Assembly (NCBI GenBank): GCA_046727855.1
Contig: JBKPDL010000036.1
Coordinates: 65-64,064 of the forward strand
DNA: 64,000 bases
Reading direction: 5' to 3'
Origin: Acidobacteriota bacterium
GTDB lineage: Bacteria; Acidobacteriota; Vicinamibacteria; Vicinamibacterales; UBA2999
Position numbers and translations under genes: made by a program. The notes beneath the pieces were generated by a model. That model was not told where the DNA came from. It saw nothing but the letters and a program-made list of their open reading frames with translations, and made no database searches. Below are positions 10,732 to 19,481 of the stretch, one piece after another. How positions within the stretch are numbered: the stretch's first letter is position 1; each line of letters opens with the position of its first letter.

Positions 10732-11900
10732 ATGGTTGGGTTCCGGCGATGAATCGCGAACTCACGATGGCCCAGGCGCTCGGCGGCGGTGAGCTGGCCA
10801 GAACAAACCGCGACCACCAGCTGGAACAGCCGCTCCGCCGCCGCGTCGAGCGTCTCAGTGTCGTTCATCACGCCGCTCACGTCGAGGTCGATATTGTCGG
10901 CCATGTGACGGGCGGTCCGCGCGTTGCCAGTGATTTTGATCACCGGTGCAATCGGGTTGCCGGTCGGCGTGCCAAGACCCGTGGTGAATACGACGACCTG
11001 CGCGCCGCCGCCCACCATGCCGGTGACCGACTCCACATCGAGCCCTGGCGTGTCCATCACGGTGAGTCCCTTGCGCGTGATGCGCCCGGCGTATGGCACG
11101 ACGTCCTCGAGCGTCGATTGCTCGCCGCCTTTGTGCGCCGCCCCCAGTGACTTCTCCTCGATGGTGGTCAAGCCGCCGCGGATGTTGCCGGGAGACGGCT
11201 GCGTGCCGCGAATATCCAGGCCGAGCGCCCGCGTCTCGGCTTCCACGCGATCGATCAACTGGATGAGTCGCGCGCCCACGTGCGCTTCGCGCGCCCGCGC
11301 GGCGAGGATATGCTCGGCACCCATGATTTCGGCGATCTCGCCCAGCACCGCGGCGCCACCGAGCGCGACGAGTCGATCGGCAACGCGGCCGAGCGTAGGA
11401 TTCGAGGCAAGGCCCGACGTGTAGTCCGATCCACCACATTTGAGCGAGAGAACGAGCGTGCTCGCATCGCAGAACTGGCGCGCCGCAGTCGAGATTTGCG
11501 CCGCGAGTCGTTGCGCGACGCTCGTTCCCGCCGCAATCGCGCGCGGCGTGCCGCCTTCCCCTTGAATCGAGACGATCTCAGCAGGCTTCCCCGCCCGTCT
11601 CGCCGCGGCCGCCAGTTCCTGCGCGACCACCTGCTCGCACCCAAGCGCGACAACGAGGACAGCGCCAACGTTGGGATGCTCACAATAGGCCGCCAGCGTT
11701 TGATGCGTGAGCGACATGTCGGGACCCAGCTGGCCGCATCCGGCCAGATGTGGGAGCGCGACGAGCGAACCGGGATCCGTCGCTGCAATGCGCTCGCTCA
11801 CCACCGCCGAACAGATCACGGTCGGCACCACGAGCACGTAGTTGCGCACGCCGACGCGGCCGTCCGGCCGGACGTAGCCGAGGAGTTGGGACTCGGTCAC
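10728..11900 (-). CDS. UxaA-family (altronate/galactarate-type) dehydratase, large subunit
   Basis: 390 aa. GYVRPDGRVGVRNYVLVVPTVICS N-terminus and C-terminal UxaA_C-like region. 4-nt overlaps with both neighbours. Confidence 0.9.
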   Translation of the reverse strand: MTESQLLGYVRPDGRVGVRNYVLVVPTVICSAVVSERIAATDPGSLVALPHLAGCGQLGPDMSLTHQTLAAYCEHPNVGAVLVVALGCEQVVAQELAAAARRAGKPAEIVSIQGEGGTPRAIAAGTSVAQRLAAQISTAARQFCDASTLVLSLKCGGSDYTSGLASNPTLGRVADRLVALGGAAVLGEIAEIMGAEHILAARAREAHVGARLIQLIDRVEAETRALGLDIRGTQPSPGNIRGGLTTIEEKSLGAAHKGGEQSTLEDVVPYAGRITRKGLTVMDTPGLDVESVTGMVGGGAQVVVFTTGLGTPTGNPIAPVIKITGNARTARHMADNIDLDVSGVMNDTETLDAAAERLFQLVVAVCSGQLTAAERLGHREFAIHRRNPTI

Positions 11901-12181
11901 GAGCTCTCCTTGCGATCACCACGCCCACGTGTGCTGGCGACGTTGTGCGTATGAACGTGCGCGCCACACTCGATCGCGGCCGTGGCGATACCGATCGGGC
12001 TGCCGTATTTGACGATCGGCGCACCGGCCTCGATCCGTCCAATCGCAACCTTGTGACCGGCGGCAACCGCCTCGCGCACAACCACCTCCTCGCCGTTCAC
12101 CACTACGCGGCGGCCGGCATCGAGCGGCTCGAGCGCCGTCGCGACGTTGTCGCGCGCGCTGATCACCAGCACCGCTTTCAT
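11897..12181 (-). CDS. UxaA-family dehydratase small subunit (SAF domain)
   Basis: Internal ATG of ORF 11897..12712. MKAVLVISARDNVATALEPLDAGRRVVVNGEEVVVREAVAAGHKVAIGRIEAGAPIVKYG is the SAF N-domain of split UxaA enzymes. ATGA overlap with the upstream SDR stop (12178-12181). Confidence 0.8.
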   Translation of the reverse strand: MKAVLVISARDNVATALEPLDAGRRVVVNGEEVVVREAVAAGHKVAIGRIEAGAPIVKYGSPIGIATAAIECGAHVHTHNVASTRGRGDRKESS

Positions 12182-12960
12182 TGGTTGACCCCGCTGGCGA
12201 GAAAGCCGCCGTCCACGGCGATCAACTGCCCGGTCACGAAGCTGGCGGCGTCCGATGCCAGGTAAACAGCCGCGCCAACGAGCTCCTCGAGTTTTCCGAA
12301 TCGGCGCATCGGGGTCCGCTGCAGCAGCTCCTGTCCACGTGAAGTCTCGAGCAGCTCCTTGTTGAGATCGGTGCGAAACACGCCCGGCGCGATCGCATTC
12401 ACCGTCACTCCTCGAGGTGCCCACTCCACGGCCAGCGCCCGCGTGAGCCCTGCCACACCTGACTTGCTGGCGGTGTACGCCGCCACTTCCAACAACCCGA
12501 CGAACGACGCGATCGATCCGATCATGATCACGCGGCCGCGCCCACGCTCGATCATCGGCGCACCGAAGGTCCGCGCGGCACGGAACGCGCCAGTGAGGTT
12601 CGTTTCGATCAGCTGGTCCCAGTCGTCCTCGGACATTTCCAGACTGCCGACCCGCTTGGTGATACCCGCGGCGTAAAGCAGAATATCGATGCCGCCGAGC
12701 CGCGCGAGGCACTCGTCGCGCACCTTCTCGAGCGCCTCGCGATCCGCCACATCCCCCGTAACCCGCAGCGTCCGTCGGCCCCGCGACTCAATCTGGCCGG
12801 CAACCTCGTCAACCAGCGCGGCGCGACGCCCGGTGGCAACCACGTCGGCGCCGGCGTCCGCGAGCCCCAGCGCAAGCGTCCGGCCGATGCCGCTGGTGGC
12901 ACCGACGACAACGGCAACCCGGCCCGACAGGTCGAAGAGGGAGCGCATCCGTTCGGTCAT
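12178..12960 (-). CDS. SDR-family oxidoreductase (KduD/gluconate-5-dehydrogenase-like)
   Basis: 260 aa. GATSGIGRTLALGLADAGADVV Rossmann motif, catalytic YTASKSGVAGLTRAL. Confidence 0.9.
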   Translation of the reverse strand: MTERMRSLFDLSGRVAVVVGATSGIGRTLALGLADAGADVVATGRRAALVDEVAGQIESRGRRTLRVTGDVADREALEKVRDECLARLGGIDILLYAAGITKRVGSLEMSEDDWDQLIETNLTGAFRAARTFGAPMIERGRGRVIMIGSIASFVGLLEVAAYTASKSGVAGLTRALAVEWAPRGVTVNAIAPGVFRTDLNKELLETSRGQELLQRTPMRRFGKLEELVGAAVYLASDAASFVTGQLIAVDGGFLASGVNQ

Positions 12961-13071
12961 TATAAGTGGCTAAACCACTTGTCCGGCCGCACCGCGCCGC
13001 CGCCGCCCGTTACGCGAACCGGTTTGACCGTGCAGCCGACGACGTTACAGTAATGTGGATCGGAGGGGTAC

Positions 13072-13827
13072 ATGGCTCGCTGTCTTTCCGTCGTTTTCGC
13101 ATGCCTGCTCTCCGCTGTCCCGATGACCGCACAGAACACCGCACCCACCGGCGCGAATCGATTGACGCCGGAAGAACAGGCAGCAGGCTGGCGGTTGCTG
13201 TTCGACGGCCAGACGACAAAGGGCTGGCGCGGGTTCGGCAAGCCGGTCGGCACGATCAACGGATGGGTCGTTGAGAACGGCCGTCTTCGGCACCCCGCAT
13301 CAACAGGTCAAGACTCCAAAGGCAGCGGCGACATCATCACGATTGACACATTCAACGATTTCGATTTGCGCTTCGAGTGGGTGATTTCCCCCGGCGGCAA
13401 TAGCGGCGTCAAGTATCTGGTTGTGGAGAATCGTGACGGTCCCATCGCCCACGAGTATCAGGTGATCGACGACGTGAAACATCCGGATGCGTTGATTGGG
13501 CCGCATCGTGCCACGGGCGCGCTCTACGATGTCATTGCCGCGCCCGCTCACAAGCCGATCAAACCAGCGGGGCAGATCAACGCAGGGCGCATCCTCGTCA
13601 GCGGCAGTCACGTCGAGCACTGGCTCAACGGCACCAAGATTATCGAATACGAGCTGGGAAGCGCCGCAATGAAAGCCGGCAAAGCGAAGAGCAAATTCAA
13701 GGACGTGCCGGGCTGGGAAGACAAGCTCAAGGGTCACATCCTGCTGCAGGATCACGGCGACGAGGTGGCGTTTTTCAACATCAAGATTCGAGAGCTCCCC
13801 GCGAAGTCCTCGACATCGAAACAGTAA
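13072..13827 (+). CDS. DUF1080 (3-keto-disaccharide hydrolase-like) secreted protein
   Basis: 251 aa. Signal peptide, then GWRLLFDGQTTKGWRGF...NGWVVENGRL...FDLRFEWVISPGGNSGVKY, the DUF1080 signature. Confidence 0.85.
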   Translation: MARCLSVVFACLLSAVPMTAQNTAPTGANRLTPEEQAAGWRLLFDGQTTKGWRGFGKPVGTINGWVVENGRLRHPASTGQDSKGSGDIITIDTFNDFDLRFEWVISPGGNSGVKYLVVENRDGPIAHEYQVIDDVKHPDALIGPHRATGALYDVIAAPAHKPIKPAGQINAGRILVSGSHVEHWLNGTKIIEYELGSAAMKAGKAKSKFKDVPGWEDKLKGHILLQDHGDEVAFFNIKIRELPAKSSTSKQ

Positions 13828-13842
13828 CTTCGCGATCGCCCT

Positions 13843-15471
13843 GTGATACAGCGCGCCGCCGAACTGAGTATGGTTCTGGCGCTCGTCGTGAGCGCCGGCT
13901 CCTCATCGCCGATCACACTCGAGATTGCCGACTATTTCGAGCTGCCCATCACCGGCAAGCTCGATGGCACGGGCCAGACCGACGGCATGCTCGCGAGGGT
14001 CACGTCGCTGCGCGAGGAGCCTGGAGGCAGAAACCGCTTCTTTCTCAATGATCTGAACGGGCCGCTTTACATCCTCGACAAACGCACGAAAGCGCTCACA
14101 ATCTACCTGGACTTCAATGGTCGCGAAGGTCACACCGGCATCTTTCACAAGCTCTCGTATGAGGTGGGCTTTGCCAACGGGCTGAACCACTTCCAATTCG
14201 ATCCCGACTACACGCGAAACGGAAAGTTCTACACCGTGCACGTCGAGGATCCATCGCTGCCGGGCTCGAACGCGCCCGACAATTCCAATGTGCCGGGCTT
14301 GCGCCTCGCGGACTACGGGACGACGGCGCCGATCACAACACCCGGTCCGATCCAACGTGAAGGGGTATTGATCGAGTGGACCGACTCGAACGTCACAAAC
14401 ACCACGTTCGAAGGTTCAGCGCGCGAGCTGCTGCGCGTGCAGCTCAACACGCGCATTCATCCGCTCGGCGACATGTCGTTCAATCCGCACGCTCGACGCA
14501 GCGATCCCGAGTGGCGCGTCATGTACGTCGCCTGCGGAGACGGCGGCGCCGGAGAATCGGCTCGGCCGGACACGCGGCCGAACCCGCAGCGCCTGGACAC
14601 TCTGGTCGGCAAGATCCTACGCTTTATTCCGGATTTAGCCGAGCATCAGTCGACGAGCACCGTGAGCGAGAACGGGCGATATCGCATTCCACGCGACAAT
14701 CCCTTCGTTGCGCAGCCCGGAGCGCGGAAAGAAGTCTGGGCCTACGGTTTTCGCAATCCGCATCGTCTGACCTGGGGCGGCGATCCGGAGAACAGTCGCA
14801 ATGTGCGACTGATAACCAATTCAATTGGGCTGCGCACCTGGGAAACGGTGAACATCGTCCACAAGGGTGCCAATTACGGGTATTCGCAGCGTGAAGGCAA
14901 CCAACTGTTGGGGGCCGACAACAAGACAACGGTGCGGCCGTCGCCCGACGAGATTCCCGTTCAGATCAGCGACACAGCGACAAACGGCACGGTCAAGCCG
15001 ACATATCCAGTCGTGCAATATCCGCATCGGCAAGGCGGGGGCGACGCGATCGGCAGCGGGTTCGTGTATCGCGGCAAACGCCTACCGGCGCTGCGAGGTC
15101 AGTACGTATTCACCGATCTCTCGACCGGCCGCGCCTGGCGCGTCGACTACGCCGATATGCTGCGCGCCGATGACGGGGATCCCACTACGATGGCGGAGAT
15201 GCACGAGATTCAGTTCGCGTGGAACGACCCGCACGACGCGCCGGATGCCGGAACACGCGTCTATCCGACGTTCTTTCCGATTGCACAGGCCGCCTACAAG
15301 TTCCGTGGCGGCAATGATCCGGACCTGCCGGGACGTGCGACGGTGTCGGGCGACGGTCGCGCCGATGCGCAATTTGCCGTCGATAGCGAAGGTGAGCTTT
15401 ACGTATTCAGCAAGACCGACGGCATGATCCGTGCCGTCGTATCGCAGTTTGTTACAGTAGCCACGCCGTGA
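13843..15471 (+). CDS. PQQ-dependent sugar dehydrogenase-like (glucose/sorbosone dehydrogenase beta-propeller family)
   Basis: 542 aa. FANGLNHFQFDPDY, GKFYTVH and VWAYGFRNPHRLTW blocks are typical of the GSDH family. Start uncertain (GTG 13843 or ATG 13870). Confidence 0.7.
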   Translation: MIQRAAELSMVLALVVSAGSSSPITLEIADYFELPITGKLDGTGQTDGMLARVTSLREEPGGRNRFFLNDLNGPLYILDKRTKALTIYLDFNGREGHTGIFHKLSYEVGFANGLNHFQFDPDYTRNGKFYTVHVEDPSLPGSNAPDNSNVPGLRLADYGTTAPITTPGPIQREGVLIEWTDSNVTNTTFEGSARELLRVQLNTRIHPLGDMSFNPHARRSDPEWRVMYVACGDGGAGESARPDTRPNPQRLDTLVGKILRFIPDLAEHQSTSTVSENGRYRIPRDNPFVAQPGARKEVWAYGFRNPHRLTWGGDPENSRNVRLITNSIGLRTWETVNIVHKGANYGYSQREGNQLLGADNKTTVRPSPDEIPVQISDTATNGTVKPTYPVVQYPHRQGGGDAIGSGFVYRGKRLPALRGQYVFTDLSTGRAWRVDYADMLRADDGDPTTMAEMHEIQFAWNDPHDAPDAGTRVYPTFFPIAQAAYKFRGGNDPDLPGRATVSGDGRADAQFAVDSEGELYVFSKTDGMIRAVVSQFVTVATP

Positions 15472-16535
15472 CCCCTACGACCACGATGAAGCGAATCGCC
15501 GCCGAACTCGGAGTGTCGGTGACGACGGTTTCAAAGGTGCTGAATCATCACGCCGACATCGGCGACGCAACGCGCGAACGTGTGCTCGCCAAGGTCGAGG
15601 AGCTCGGCTACCGTCCCAATGCGGTAGCTCGCAGTCTCACGCTGCGCCGCACCAGCACGCTCGGCGTCGTCATTCCCGACTTGATGCATTCGTTCTTCGT
15701 CGAGATCGTGGCGGGCATCGAAAGCGTGATGAGCGAGCGCGGCTATGGCCTGCTGCTCTGCTGCTCCGCGGAAAACTCGAAGAAAGAGCGGGCCGAGCTC
15801 GAAATGCTGCGCTCGCGCCAGGTCGACGGCGTCGTGATTGCGTCGGTCAACGCCTCTGGAAACACAAAGCTGCTCCAGGAGCTGCAAGCGCTCGGCCGCG
15901 CGCTCGTAATGATCGATCGCGACGATCACGAAAAGGTCCGCTGTCATCGCGTATTGACCGACGACGTCAAGGTCGGGCGGTTGGCCACCGAGCACCTGCT
16001 GGCGGCGGGCCGGCGCGCCATCGCGCACATTGCCGGGCCCGCCGTCATCCACGCCAAGCGGCGGCAGCAGGGATACCTGGATGCTCTGCGCGCGTGCGGA
16101 ATTGATCCGAAACCTGGATGGATCGTCGCCGGCGGCTTCATGGAGGACGACGGCTACCGCGCTATGAAGCGCTTGCTCGAGGCGCGATCGCGCATCGACG
16201 CCGTGTTTGCCGCCAACGACCCGGCGGCCATTGGCGCGATGAAAGCCATCTGGGACGCAGGTCTCTCGGTTCCAGACGACATCGCCATCGTCGGCGCGGG
16301 CAACGTCGTACACAGCGATCTGTTGCGCGTACCGCTGACGACGTTGAGCTGGTCGAAGGAGGAGATGGGGCGCCGCGCCGCGGAGTTGATTCTCGATCAG
16401 ATCGGTCCGCATCCTACGGGGCCGTTCCGGCGAGTCATCGTGCCGCCGGAATTGATCGTGCGCAGCTCGTCGGGCGTCAACAATGCCGATATCCAAGCGT
16501 CGCGCCGCCCTCGACGGGCAGCGCGACTCCCGTAA
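15468..16535 (+). CDS. LacI-family transcriptional regulator
   Basis: MKRIAAELGVSVTTVSKVLNHH HTH plus a periplasmic-binding-protein-like sugar-binding core. Likely start ATG 15486. 3' end overlaps the convergent SDR gene. Confidence 0.9.
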   Translation: MTPTTTMKRIAAELGVSVTTVSKVLNHHADIGDATRERVLAKVEELGYRPNAVARSLTLRRTSTLGVVIPDLMHSFFVEIVAGIESVMSERGYGLLLCCSAENSKKERAELEMLRSRQVDGVVIASVNASGNTKLLQELQALGRALVMIDRDDHEKVRCHRVLTDDVKVGRLATEHLLAAGRRAIAHIAGPAVIHAKRRQQGYLDALRACGIDPKPGWIVAGGFMEDDGYRAMKRLLEARSRIDAVFAANDPAAIGAMKAIWDAGLSVPDDIAIVGAGNVVHSDLLRVPLTTLSWSKEEMGRRAAELILDQIGPHPTGPFRRVIVPPELIVRSSSGVNNADIQASRRPRRAARLP

Positions 16536-17250
16536 TAAACGACGCGGCCGGCGAGGCAAGAAACAGAATGGCCGACGCAATTTCCTGCGCAGTGGCCATC
16601 CGCTTGAGCAGATGCATATCGGCCTGCTGTTGCAGCACGACACTGGGATTCGGCAAGGTTGCCGCCCACGTTCGCATCAGCGGCGTATCCACGCCAGCGG
16701 GGCATACGCAATTCACGCGGACACCGTCTCCCGCAAGTTCAAGCGCCAGCGAACGGGTCATCGCGATGAGCGCGCCTTTGCTCGCATCGTAGGCGGCGCC
16801 TTGGCGCTGACCAACGAGTCCGGTCATCGACGACACGAACACGATTGACCCCCGACGCTGTTTCACATAGGGAACCGCCGCGCGCACGGTAAAGAACGCG
16901 CCATTCAGGTTGACGCCAAGGATCCGATTCCACTCGTCGTTCGAGTACTCGTCGATCGCGCGGGCGAAGCTGATGCCGGCATTCGGGACAACGACGTCGA
17001 GGGCGCCAAACCGCGCAATGCACTCTGCCACCGCGCGATCGACATCAGAGCTGCACGATACGTCCGCACCAAGCGCCAAAACGTCGTCGCCGGTCTTGCC
17101 GATCGACTCTGCCACCGCTTTCAACGTAAGGGCATCGCGATCGAGCAACGCCACGGTTGCGCCGGCCGTGGCAAACGCCTCCGCGGTGGCGCGCCCGATG
17201 CCGCGGGCGGCGCCGGTCACGAGCACGATTTTGCCGGCAAACATCGTCAT
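16477..17250 (-). CDS. SDR-family oxidoreductase (candidate L-fucose or 2-keto-3-deoxy-L-fuconate dehydrogenase)
   Basis: 257 aa. GKIVLVTGAARGIGRATAEAF, YDASKGALIAMTRSLALE. The pathway role is inferred from context only. Confidence 0.85.
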   Translation of the reverse strand: MTMFAGKIVLVTGAARGIGRATAEAFATAGATVALLDRDALTLKAVAESIGKTGDDVLALGADVSCSSDVDRAVAECIARFGALDVVVPNAGISFARAIDEYSNDEWNRILGVNLNGAFFTVRAAVPYVKQRRGSIVFVSSMTGLVGQRQGAAYDASKGALIAMTRSLALELAGDGVRVNCVCPAGVDTPLMRTWAATLPNPSVVLQQQADMHLLKRMATAQEIASAILFLASPAASFITGVALPVEGGATLGYRHC

Positions 17251-18458
17251 AGCGCGCCGACTTTGGCTCCTATGATGATCTGCGCTTCGGCGGCGGCATG
17301 CCTGGCGGCATCTTCGGGCGACATCGCTCCGAGCATAGCCTGCTGGACGGCTTGCCAGATCGCGTCCTCACACTGAGGGTAAGCGGCAAAACGCGGCGGC
17401 ACGATCATCGTGCGTTCGGTTTCGGCCAGGAGCTGCCACCGGGCGCCATCGCCGTTCGCGCTCGCCTCGCTGCGAATTCGCTCGAGCACGCTCGCGCGGC
17501 AGGGGATCGCACCGTGGCGCGCCTCTCCGAGCTGCGCGTCGGACGACGTGAGGAACCGCATCAGCGCGATGCCTCCTTCCACATTAGCGGTGCTGTTCGG
17601 GATAGCAAACGAATGACAGCCGGCATAGGCGGCGCGCACTCCGGCGGGCCCCATCGGCAGGAGCGCGAGCGCGACCTCGTCGGCGACGCTGCAGGTCGCT
17701 GGATTCCGATACAGATGGTAGCTGCCCGGCCAATCGCACACCATGGCAGCGGACCCACCGCGAAACGCCTGCGAAATCTCGTCGTAGTGCCATGTCGTCA
17801 ACTCGCGTGGGACGACACCGCGAGTGCGATAGAGATCGACCAGATAGGACACGGCCCAGGCGCCGGCGGGCGAATCAAACGCCGGTCGAAGCGACTTGTC
17901 GAACAGCTTGCCACCCGCGCCAATGAGCAGCTCGTAGAACGTGCCGAAGAGGCCCGAGTCGCGGCCCGGAAAGAGAAAACCCCAGAGCGGCGTTCCGGCG
18001 CTGGTTGCCGGCCGTGTCAACGACGACGCGATCTCCGCAAGCTCGCTCCACGTCGCGGGCGGCTTGTCGATGAGGTCGCGGCGATAATGGAGCAGCCGCA
18101 CGTCGAGATTCCGCGGCAGTTGCAGCAGGCGCCCGTCGATGCGTGACAGTTCGTGGGCGCGCGGCAGCAGATCCGCAATCAGCCCTTCGTCGACGAGGGG
18201 ATCGAGCGGCGTGAGCCATTGCGCCTGCGACGGCGCATATTTCGTGTGCGTGGAGAGCAGATCGATATCGGCGTCGCCGTGTTCGAAGGCGTGACGGACG
18301 TAGACGTTGAGCTCCGGGTGCGGCAACCGCGCGACCACTTCGACGGCGTTCCCGGTCTCACGTTCGAACACCGGTATCGCATCGTAGAGCGGGTCGTACA
18401 TTGGTCCGCCCACCAGCAACGCTCGCACACGTTTCGATCTGTTCATCATTTCAGCCAA
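17247..18458 (-). CDS. solute-binding-protein-fold protein (SBP family 1-like) without recognisable signal peptide
   Basis: 403 aa. Overall SBP_bac_1/8-like sequence, but the N-terminus MAEMMNRSKRVRALLVGGPMYDPLYD lacks a hydrophobic leader or lipobox. ATGA overlap with the downstream SDR (17247-17250). True start may be ATG ~18449. Confidence 0.7.
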   Translation of the reverse strand: MAEMMNRSKRVRALLVGGPMYDPLYDAIPVFERETGNAVEVVARLPHPELNVYVRHAFEHGDADIDLLSTHTKYAPSQAQWLTPLDPLVDEGLIADLLPRAHELSRIDGRLLQLPRNLDVRLLHYRRDLIDKPPATWSELAEIASSLTRPATSAGTPLWGFLFPGRDSGLFGTFYELLIGAGGKLFDKSLRPAFDSPAGAWAVSYLVDLYRTRGVVPRELTTWHYDEISQAFRGGSAAMVCDWPGSYHLYRNPATCSVADEVALALLPMGPAGVRAAYAGCHSFAIPNSTANVEGGIALMRFLTSSDAQLGEARHGAIPCRASVLERIRSEASANGDGARWQLLAETERTMIVPPRFAAYPQCEDAIWQAVQQAMLGAMSPEDAARHAAAEAQIIIGAKVGAL

Positions 18459-18485
18459 CGGTCAACGGCCGATGGTCGTCAGTTA

Positions 18486-18534
18486 GTTCAAAGTTCAAAG
18501 TTCAAAGTTCAAAGTTCAAAGTTCAAAGTTCAAA
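18486..18534. repeat. (GTTCAAA)7 perfect heptanucleotide tandem repeat
   Basis: Seven exact units counted from 18486. Lies in the 154-nt spacer between two co-directional minus-strand genes (SDR stop 18613, SBP-like start 18458). Confidence 0.95.
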
Positions 18535-18587
18535 GTTTTAGTTCGCCAGTTTCTCAAGTTCTAAGTTCTTGCCTCTTCGGTCTTGTT

Positions 18588-18604
18588 TTCTTCGTTCTTC
18601 GTTC
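18588..18604 (-). repeat. GAACGAAGAACGAAGAA 17-mer, copy 2 of 3
   Basis: Plus strand TTCTTCGTTCTTCGTTC, identical to 576-592. Starts 8 nt after the TAG (18613-18615) of the minus-strand SDR gene. Confidence 0.9.
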
Positions 18605-18612
18605 GGCAGTTG

Positions 18613-19380
18613 CTACTTGCCAGCAGTCCATCCGCCGTCGATATTCAACGCCGTTCCCGTAATGAACGCCGCTTCGTCGCTTGCGAGATACAGCGCCGCG
18701 GCGGCGATCTCCTCAGGCTTGCCCATTCGCCCAATCGCTTGCGATGCCGCCATCTCCTTGTAAGCCTGCTCCGGATCCGGGTAGGCCTTGATGCGCTCGG
18801 CCACCCACGGCGTTTCGACGCGTCCAGGGCAGATGCAGTTGACGCGAATGCCGTCGAGCGCGTGATCGAGCGCCATGCTCCTGGTCAGACCGACCACGGC
18901 GAATTTCGTGATCGAGTACGCGAGCCGATCGCGCAAGCCAACCACGCCCGCCGCCGACGCCATATTGATGATGACACCCTGCCGCCGCGCCACCATCTGC
19001 GGCAAAAACGCTTTCGTCACGTTGAACGTGCCGCGCACGTTCACGGCATACAGCTGATCGAGATCGGCGCCGGTGGTGGTGAGCGCCGTGCCGACGTGGC
19101 CAATGCCGGCGTTGTTCACCAGGACATCGAGCCGTCCCGCCGTCTGGTGCACTCGTTCCGCGGCGCGCGAGCACTCTGACTCGTCCCGGATGTCGAGCGC
19201 CATTGCTTCACTAGAGTGTCCCCGTTGCACGATGCGGCTGGCGGTCTTGGCGGCGGTCTCCTCGTTGACATCGGCGGCGAACACTTGCGCACCCGCGTTC
19301 GCAAACGTCTCGGCGATGGCTGCTCCAATGCCCGATCCGGCGCCGGTAACCAGTGCCGTTTTCCGCGACAGATCGAACAT
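18613..19380 (-). CDS. SDR-family oxidoreductase (second candidate fucose-pathway dehydrogenase)
   Basis: Internal ATG 19380 of ORF 18613..19482. MFDLSRKTALVTGAGSGIGAAIAETF, YSITKFAVVGLTRSMALD. Confidence 0.9.
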   Translation of the reverse strand: MFDLSRKTALVTGAGSGIGAAIAETFANAGAQVFAADVNEETAAKTASRIVQRGHSSEAMALDIRDESECSRAAERVHQTAGRLDVLVNNAGIGHVGTALTTTGADLDQLYAVNVRGTFNVTKAFLPQMVARRQGVIINMASAAGVVGLRDRLAYSITKFAVVGLTRSMALDHALDGIRVNCICPGRVETPWVAERIKAYPDPEQAYKEMAASQAIGRMGKPEEIAAAALYLASDEAAFITGTALNIDGGWTAGK

Positions 19381-19481
19381 CAATTCAACGCAGACGCTAC
19401 GGCGGGTATGGCAGGGTGTCAAGCGCGGGCCGTTACCGGCTGCATCCGCGCGCGCGACAGATCGTCGTATGCTGAGCCGCA

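Noticed and set aside
13042-13056. Imperfect palindrome ACGTTACAGTAATGT 16 nt upstream of the DUF1080 start, as a LacI operator
   Set aside because: Only 12 of 15 positions are symmetric, with an odd-length centre unlike typical LacI-family sites, and it overlaps the RBS region. The support is too weak to report as a feature.
18486-18534. Possible CRISPR array (also considered for 57831-57862)
   Set aside because: The units are 7-8 nt and contiguous with no spacers, there are no cas genes, and the repeats are far shorter than CRISPR repeats. They are microsatellite-like tandem repeats.
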